Positions 8,952 to 14,665 of a DNA stretch of 20,000 bases are shown one piece after another (within the stretch, counting starts at the first letter, position 1; each line of letters starts with the position of its first letter). Made by a program: the position numbers and the translations under genes. The DNA comes from an uncultured virus (IMG/VR IMGVR_UViG_3300042691_055981) (Duplodnaviria; Heunggongvirae; Uroviricota; Caudoviricetes). Below the pieces are notes generated by a model that was not told the origin of the DNA, made no database searches, and was given only the letters and a program-made list of their open reading frames with translations. The stretch lies in IMG/VR virus record IMGVR_UViG_3300042691_055981; one strand, 5' to 3'.

Positions 8952-9627
8952 CTTTGCTCCCGAATATCCTATTATAGTATTCTATGAAAGACTGCTCTGA
9001 TTCCTCGTCCTCCATACAAATATAAATATTTTTTAAGTTAACAAAATCTTGTGACTTAATTATTGTGAAGATTGCACTAAGCTGACACAATCCTGTCAGG
9101 TTTATATCGTGAGTGCCATTATCGAATGGAATAATTAAAATACTCTCAAAGCCCATGTTGTCAGAATGGATAAGTGTCTTTTTCATCGCCGAAGTGATGT
9201 CGGGCTCATTAACAAGCCTAGACGCACCAGCAACCACCGCATTAATGAAATATTTTTGTTTTATCTTCCAATTAGGATTGCAAGCAAATCCATAAGGGTA
9301 GCCCATTTTTACAGATCCCACAGCTAATTTGTCGCACTCCTCCTGTGCCTGTCCGTATGTCATTCTGTTAAGAAGCGGGTCATCTATCTTTAACAGATTG
9401 TTTGTTGGGTAGATCAATGCATCAGCTTTAACCAGGTAGATATTATCAACTTTTCGGATGAAAATTTTCACCTTAGTGTCGGCCTTAATTTGTTTGATCT
9501 TTTCTTTAATAAAAAAAGAACAACTGCTTATCAGGCCCTTACAATCATGATCCAATTTAAAATCAGGAATAATTACTTGGGATTTTAAAATACAAGCTTT
9601 GTTATAGAAAGGACAATTAATCGACAC
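8911..9627 (-). CDS. Degenerate macrodomain protein with Cys-rich N-terminus, 238 aa
   Basis: DNIYLVKADALIYPTNNLL, QEECD, KYFINAV, ESILIIPFDNG and LKNIYIC follow the macrodomain motif order (GDIT..DAIVNAAN..GGG..EC..KYVIHAV..SIAFPxISTG). GTG start. Confidence 0.75.
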   Translation of the reverse strand: MSINCPFYNKACILKSQVIIPDFKLDHDCKGLISSCSFFIKEKIKQIKADTKVKIFIRKVDNIYLVKADALIYPTNNLLKIDDPLLNRMTYGQAQEECDKLAVGSVKMGYPYGFACNPNWKIKQKYFINAVVAGASRLVNEPDITSAMKKTLIHSDNMGFESILIIPFDNGTHDINLTGLCQLSAIFTIIKSQDFVNLKNIYICMEDEESEQSFIEYYNRIFGSKDDKRNKESIAISS

Positions 9628-9667
9628 AAAATATTTGTACAGATAGTTGTCGAATCAACACATGGGC

Positions 9668-10561
9668 TCAGGATATCGAATAATTTTGATTTCCAACAGC
9701 CACATCAGCAGGGCTATCAAGAGAAGATTGTTGAGATATTTTTTGATAGCATTTATTAAGCTTGTCCACTTTATCAGGCGGAAGGTTAATATTATTTAAC
9801 ACAGCACCAGACTGTGATTGTAATTGTTTTGCAACGTCAGCTATGTTAGCTTGGGGATTTCTCTTCATCGCATCACTCATGAAGTCCATATAATCCTTAG
9901 TCATTGTAAAGCCGCCCCCTCCACCGCAGAAAAATTCTTGACACTCAGGGATATCACAAGCATATCTTGTTATTAAATTTTCAAAGAAATCTCCTAGTCC
10001 TTTATAACCCAAATCATCAGCGTTAAATGTCTTGGCAACCCTCTTGAGTTGAAGGGTCAATTCATCCGCTAATTTAAAAAGCCCCCGGTCTTCATAATAT
10101 TTTATCTCCTCAGTAAGTCCTTTAATATGAGCGTATTTATTGTTGAATAAATCCGCATTTAGCATATTTAAAACCGCTCCCCATTGTCGCTTCAGATCTT
10201 CATCCATTATATCTTGAAAAACTTGTAGTTGTTCTGGACTATAATTTGCATTTCGATCAAATCCTTGCCTATTAAGGCTGGATTCTATTGAATCAAATAT
10301 ATCTTGGGGTGTAAAATTGTATGGTCTAAGGGTAGAAAGATCTGATCCACTAAGGTTAGTGAAGACCGGAGTATCTCCATCTCCAATTGAAAGAACAGCT
10401 TGGGGATCTTGTAGCAATCTGTTTAATTCATTAGTATTATTATCAAGACTGGGTTGCTCGGGCCGAGGAGTATCTACGGGCTTGATGGGCTGATTAGCAA
10501 CCTGTGAAGTTTGAGATATTTTTATAGACCATTTCTTTCCCACAGTATTTATTTTATACAA
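9668..10561 (-). CDS. Hypothetical protein, 297 aa
   Basis: Long ORF with a TTG start, filling the space between the macrodomain gene and clpX. No catalytic motif recognised. Confidence 0.7.
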   Translation of the reverse strand: MYKINTVGKKWSIKISQTSQVANQPIKPVDTPRPEQPSLDNNTNELNRLLQDPQAVLSIGDGDTPVFTNLSGSDLSTLRPYNFTPQDIFDSIESSLNRQGFDRNANYSPEQLQVFQDIMDEDLKRQWGAVLNMLNADLFNNKYAHIKGLTEEIKYYEDRGLFKLADELTLQLKRVAKTFNADDLGYKGLGDFFENLITRYACDIPECQEFFCGGGGGFTMTKDYMDFMSDAMKRNPQANIADVAKQLQSQSGAVLNNINLPPDKVDKLNKCYQKISQQSSLDSPADVAVGNQNYSIS

Positions 10562-10615
10562 AACAGCACAATGTCCTCTTTTAGATATTATGCTGTTTTG
10601 TAGTCGTCAAATCAA
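10560..10615 (-). promoter_or_regulatory. Sigma70-like promoter overlapping a hairpin (terminator or RBS-occluding stem)
   Basis: Minus strand TTGATT (10615-10610)-N17-CATAAT (10592-10587). Inverted repeat AAAACAGCA..TGCTGTTTT (10560-10568 / 10591-10599), extendable inward with one G-U pair and one mismatch. Confidence 0.5.
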
Positions 10616-12075
10616 ATTGTTGCTTGATCAGCAGAGACAGATAAGAGCTTAGGCTTAGATAATTCATACTTACCGGGGTCTTGTAAGCACTGACTGGTGA
10701 TTGTCACTTTACCAGAAGAGGTTGTGCTTTTTTTCAGCGTTAATAGATCAAAGCTGGCTTGGTTCAATGCTTGTTTAACATACGAGTCGAGTGCACGAGT
10801 TCCAACGGCAGAATGATAAGACTTATCCACAAGATCTATCAAGAATTCGTCAGCGAAATCCAGATTGTATCCAGATTTCGCAAAGATGGATTTTTGTTTC
10901 TTGATAGGCGAAGTAGAAGAATTAATCAACACACTCATTAGATCTTCTTTAGACAAGGGCTTGAGTGCAACAATGGTTGGGATTCTTCCAACAAGCTCAG
11001 ATAGCATACCGAATTCAATCAATGATTCGACCATTTCTTCACGCGAAGCTTGGCTAAAAATCTCATAGGATCTAAGAGCCTCATCGATTTCGTCGTTTCT
11101 TCCGTCATTATTTTTTATGAAGCCGATAGATCTATCCTTCTTGCCCATCTTCTTGGCAAGAATGTCAGACAACCCGTTGAAAGCTCCGCCAAAAAAGAAG
11201 AGCATTCTGCTGCTATCAATATTGAAAGACGAACCAGGCATTTCACCAAAAAGTTGCCCCGGAATCTTCACAATCTTTCCTTCAACTAACTTGAGAAGGG
11301 TTGACTGAGTTGATCCTATAAATGACTCATATCTTCCAGACCCTTTATTAGAACTACAGATTTTGTCAATTTCATCAATGAAAACAATACCTCGCTCAGC
11401 TCTATCGAAGTCCATGTCTGTTTCCAGAAGTAGCTCACTAACTACAGAATCTGCGTCAGAACCCTGAAACCCTGTTGGAGAATAACTGGTGGCATCGCCA
11501 ATAGCAAATGGAAGATCGAACAGATCGGCCACTGTGTTTGCAATTAATGTTTTTCCTGATCCAGATTTGCCCAACATCAAGACGTGATGCTTGTCGGCGT
11601 GTGTGACAACATCAAAATCCTCAATCGACTGAATATGATTAATCATGGATACAGAAATGGCTTTTTTAGCTAAATCTTGGCCTATAACAGCTTTGCTAAT
11701 TTCGTTAAAAAGCTGACCAGGGGTGTGAATATCATTTTCTATCACTAATTTTTCAGGCTTTTGTTCTAGGTGCTGAGCTCTATTAGACAAAGGCGTGAGG
11801 AAGAATATAGCTTTTTTGATTTCGCTCTTCATATCAGAATCTGGCAGATCTGAAATGAAAGAGATTAATTTTGAATTAATCTCAAGCTGGCCCAATGAAA
11901 GCCCCGCTTTAAAAGGCTCAGCACACGAATCACAAAAAAAACACCGCTCATCATTTATGTGAAATATAAATGGTTCAGGCACTTTGATTTCTTGACTGCA
12001 CATTGTGCAGATTGGGTTATTTTCACTCTTTTTCTTCATGATTTTTTTTGCAACTTGAAACGCAACTTTTTGCAA
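10612..12075 (-). CDS. clpX: ClpX-family AAA+ unfoldase (ATG at 12039 is a likelier start than TTG at 12075)
   Basis: N-terminal CxxC...CxxC zinc-binding domain, VIGQxxAKK, Walker A GKSGSGKT, Walker B VFIDEIDK, LLKLVEG, FFFGGAF, IGF loop, ELVGRIP arginine finger and GTR sensor II. Confidence 0.93.
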   Translation of the reverse strand: MQKVAFQVAKKIMKKKSENNPICTMCSQEIKVPEPFIFHINDERCFFCDSCAEPFKAGLSLGQLEINSKLISFISDLPDSDMKSEIKKAIFFLTPLSNRAQHLEQKPEKLVIENDIHTPGQLFNEISKAVIGQDLAKKAISVSMINHIQSIEDFDVVTHADKHHVLMLGKSGSGKTLIANTVADLFDLPFAIGDATSYSPTGFQGSDADSVVSELLLETDMDFDRAERGIVFIDEIDKICSSNKGSGRYESFIGSTQSTLLKLVEGKIVKIPGQLFGEMPGSSFNIDSSRMLFFFGGAFNGLSDILAKKMGKKDRSIGFIKNNDGRNDEIDEALRSYEIFSQASREEMVESLIEFGMLSELVGRIPTIVALKPLSKEDLMSVLINSSTSPIKKQKSIFAKSGYNLDFADEFLIDLVDKSYHSAVGTRALDSYVKQALNQASFDLLTLKKSTTSSGKVTITSQCLQDPGKYELSKPKLLSVSADQATI

Positions 12076-12178
12076 ACAAGATTGTCTTCAGGTATTATAC
12101 GTTATTTCGACAGATATTTTAACCTGAAAATTATTTCCCAAGTGTGAATTCAGAGGTTGAGCAACCTTTTTGGCATAA

Positions 12179-12388
12179 TTGTTACTTGTGGCGAACGAAA
12201 ACATATCATGTAATAGAGGTTATGGCATTTGGAATTTTGAGATATATAATCCAAATAAAATGCTTAGCGAAAAAAAAGGTTTTCTTATGATTACAAAAGA
12301 TCATCATACAATATTTGAGGATTCTATGTGTACTAAGACCCTGCTGAACATTCCATCACAAAATGTAGCATGGGTGGAAAAGCAATGA
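12179..12388 (+). CDS. Small hypothetical protein (start uncertain)
   Basis: First ORF of the plus-strand run. Its TGA overlaps the next ATG (ATGA at 12385-12388). Confidence 0.55.
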   Translation: MLLVANENISCNRGYGIWNFEIYNPNKMLSEKKGFLMITKDHHTIFEDSMCTKTLLNIPSQNVAWVEKQ

Positions 12389-12618
12389 ACTACGAAGAAA
12401 AATTAATTAGATATATTGCTTCTAAATTAATACAAAGGAAATACCTAATGAAAAAGGGTGAATTTCCGAGCCAAAAAATGATTGAACGCTACGTCAATCT
12501 TGTGTGTGAAAATCTCAAAGAACAATACCGCGATCTGAAATATGTAAGAAATAAGGCTGAAGATGGAATGATTACGCCGATAATATCTGAGTGCGTTTCG
12601 AAAATAAAAATCATATGA
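12385..12618 (+). CDS. Small basic hypothetical protein (MNYEEKLIRY...)
   Basis: ATGA overlaps at both ends (12385 and 12615) favour a start at 12385 over 12370. Confidence 0.65.
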   Translation: MNYEEKLIRYIASKLIQRKYLMKKGEFPSQKMIERYVNLVCENLKEQYRDLKYVRNKAEDGMITPIISECVSKIKII

Positions 12619-13151
12619 ACAAGTTGTTTTCGGTGTTGAGCGAATTAGATAATGAAAATTCCGAAGATTTCGTTGGAGCTTGTGCCGCGAAGTATAGAAA
12701 TTTAATAGGTGTGCCAAGATTGGTGGTTAAAAACAACACTAAATTAAAAACAAAACAAGTGAAAATACTTTTCGCCAGAAACGAAAGTTTTTTTCAAGAT
12801 ATAGACAACAAATATTGTGATTTAATCAACGAACCCAATATAGAAGATTTCTTAGATAACATCGAGTATTCAGTTTATTTTGACTTATGTAGGGTTTCAT
12901 TTCTTGAGAAAGATGAGCTATTTGATTTTATGCCCAATAAATTTAAAAAGAATTTCAAATTAAATCAAAGAAGCGAAGAGCAAAAAAACTTTGTGCTGTC
13001 GAATATTAAGCACTTAAGCGGTGAAAAACATGTCACCACGATGATTATTTTTGACAAATTAAACTCAGTATGGTTAAGCAAGTGGGATAACCCAGAAACT
13101 TATCTTGACGAATACGACGATCAACTTGTCAATAATATAATCAATGCATGA
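12615..13151 (+). CDS. Hypothetical protein (MNKLFSVL...)
   Basis: An ATGA overlap favours a start at 12615 over 12591. It overlaps the next gene by 8 nt. Confidence 0.7.
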   Translation: MNKLFSVLSELDNENSEDFVGACAAKYRNLIGVPRLVVKNNTKLKTKQVKILFARNESFFQDIDNKYCDLINEPNIEDFLDNIEYSVYFDLCRVSFLEKDELFDFMPNKFKKNFKLNQRSEEQKNFVLSNIKHLSGEKHVTTMIIFDKLNSVWLSKWDNPETYLDEYDDQLVNNIINA

Positions 13152-13725
13152 GTTCAGGTGTTTAATCAATAAGACTTATAAAAAAGTGATCTACCCTACT
13201 CCGGTAGTTTTAGAGCCTTTGTACCTAGATCATCTTCAGCCAGTACCAATAGTTATTGATGAAGTGAATTCTGGAGAAATGATTATTGTTGAATTTTTCA
13301 ATAAAACAATTTTTAGAGTTTTTTTAGTTGAAAATTTGAAATTAAATCAGATATTTGGAGATCCAATTTCAAGCCAAAAAGAGATAGAATTGTTTTGTCA
13401 AGATTGGGTGAAGAGAAATGAAATCAAAGAATACATTAAATGGGTCTACGAGCAATTGAAGCTTAATGAAATTATTGCAAACAAAAATGACTTAATAGAT
13501 CTTGAAAATGCATTAATGAAATATCTTCTAAGCTGTAAAAATAAAGAAAAAAACAATTTAAGAAAAATTCGGTCGCTTATTTTTAAGAGCTGCAAGAATC
13601 CAAAATTCGCGGAAAAAATACATTCTATAATCAAAAGCAAAATGTTTGAATACTATCTTCCCTCGCTAGATAGAGTTAAGGTAGATTTTGAATCGCTAAC
13701 TGTACAAATAGAGCATGGTGCATGA
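13144..13725 (+). CDS. Hypothetical protein, 193 aa
   Basis: Overlaps both neighbours in a tightly packed run. No motif recognised. Confidence 0.7.
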   Translation: MHEFRCLINKTYKKVIYPTPVVLEPLYLDHLQPVPIVIDEVNSGEMIIVEFFNKTIFRVFLVENLKLNQIFGDPISSQKEIELFCQDWVKRNEIKEYIKWVYEQLKLNEIIANKNDLIDLENALMKYLLSCKNKEKNNLRKIRSLIFKSCKNPKFAEKIHSIIKSKMFEYYLPSLDRVKVDFESLTVQIEHGA

Positions 13726-14560
13726 ATACTTTCTGGACAATGAGCTTTATCTTGATTTTTTAAAAATTTCAGAAAGCGAAATACCAATGAAAGAAGATAA
13801 AGTGAATAAACAAGAACTCTACAAACTAATTGAGGGGAGATTTAGAAAATTAGCAAGAGAGTTGCATCCAGATTATGGCGGAACTGAAAAGGATTTTAAA
13901 TTTCTATTGGAGTGTAAAACAAAACTTCTATCTGAAAACAGAGATGGCTCAGATGTGGCTTTTAAAATCGACGACTCAAGATTCAATTCATTTGATAAAG
14001 ACTCTCTGGCGTCAAAACTAGGGAATCAGTTGTTTGATCTTCTTCAGCTATGGCAGGATGACATAGGTATAAAGGCTGTTTTCAGGCCCGCATCTTCCGA
14101 TGATGAATACGAATGGATTTTTAATATTCTCGGGCAAGAAGAACAGCTTTCGCTGAATGTACAGAATCTCAATAATGAGCTCGCGGAACTTTCTCATTCA
14201 CTGCACAAAGATGACAGTCTTTCAGTATCAGTATGCCTTTTCGTGCCAAGTAAAAAACTCGCCACAACAAACGTAGCATACGATAACACAATCATTCTCA
14301 CCTTTAATGACAAAATCTTAATTGAATCCTCGAAGGCTTCAGATATTCATAAATATTTTTCAGATAAACAAAATATCATTGATGATTTAGAGAAAATCAA
14401 AAATAATACATTTGTTTCCCGTAATAATAATGAACTTAAAACAAAAAAAACTCAAGAAGCAATTCAAAAAGATAAAGAAGTGGTTAAATTCCTTCAAAAT
14501 ATGAAACTTTTTAGTACCAAATTTGAAGAAAACGGGGCGGATTTTATAGATGATCTCTAA
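13715..14560 (+). CDS. J-domain (DnaJ class C-like) protein with unknown C-terminal domain, 281 aa
   Basis: RFRKLARELHPDYGGTEKDFKFL reads as helix II-HPD-GG-helix III (HPD at 13865-13873). It has no G/F-rich or CxxCxGxG region. Confidence 0.85.
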   Translation: MVHEYFLDNELYLDFLKISESEIPMKEDKVNKQELYKLIEGRFRKLARELHPDYGGTEKDFKFLLECKTKLLSENRDGSDVAFKIDDSRFNSFDKDSLASKLGNQLFDLLQLWQDDIGIKAVFRPASSDDEYEWIFNILGQEEQLSLNVQNLNNELAELSHSLHKDDSLSVSVCLFVPSKKLATTNVAYDNTIILTFNDKILIESSKASDIHKYFSDKQNIIDDLEKIKNNTFVSRNNNELKTKKTQEAIQKDKEVVKFLQNMKLFSTKFEENGADFIDDL

Positions 14561-14595
14561 AGGGTCTTTCTGTAGAAGGCGGAATAATATGATTG

Positions 14596-14636
14596 AAAGG
14601 CCATGAGAGATCCTGGCCTTTAGCGGATCCTCCGCT
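14596..14636 (+). promoter_or_regulatory. Two abutting stem-loops upstream of phoH
   Basis: AAAGGCCA (14596-14603)/TGGCCTTT (14614-14621) is immediately followed by AGCGGA (14622-14627)/TCCGCT (14631-14636). No U-tract follows on the plus strand. Confidence 0.5.
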
Positions 14637-14665
14637 CAGTGATAAAAAGTAAATAAGAGAGAATA

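Noticed and set aside
7778..14586. Sigma28-like promoters (TAAA..GCCGAATT at 7778-7807; TAAA..GCGGAATA at 14558-14586)
   Set aside because: Spacers are 18 and 17 nt versus the canonical 15, and there are only two imperfect instances.
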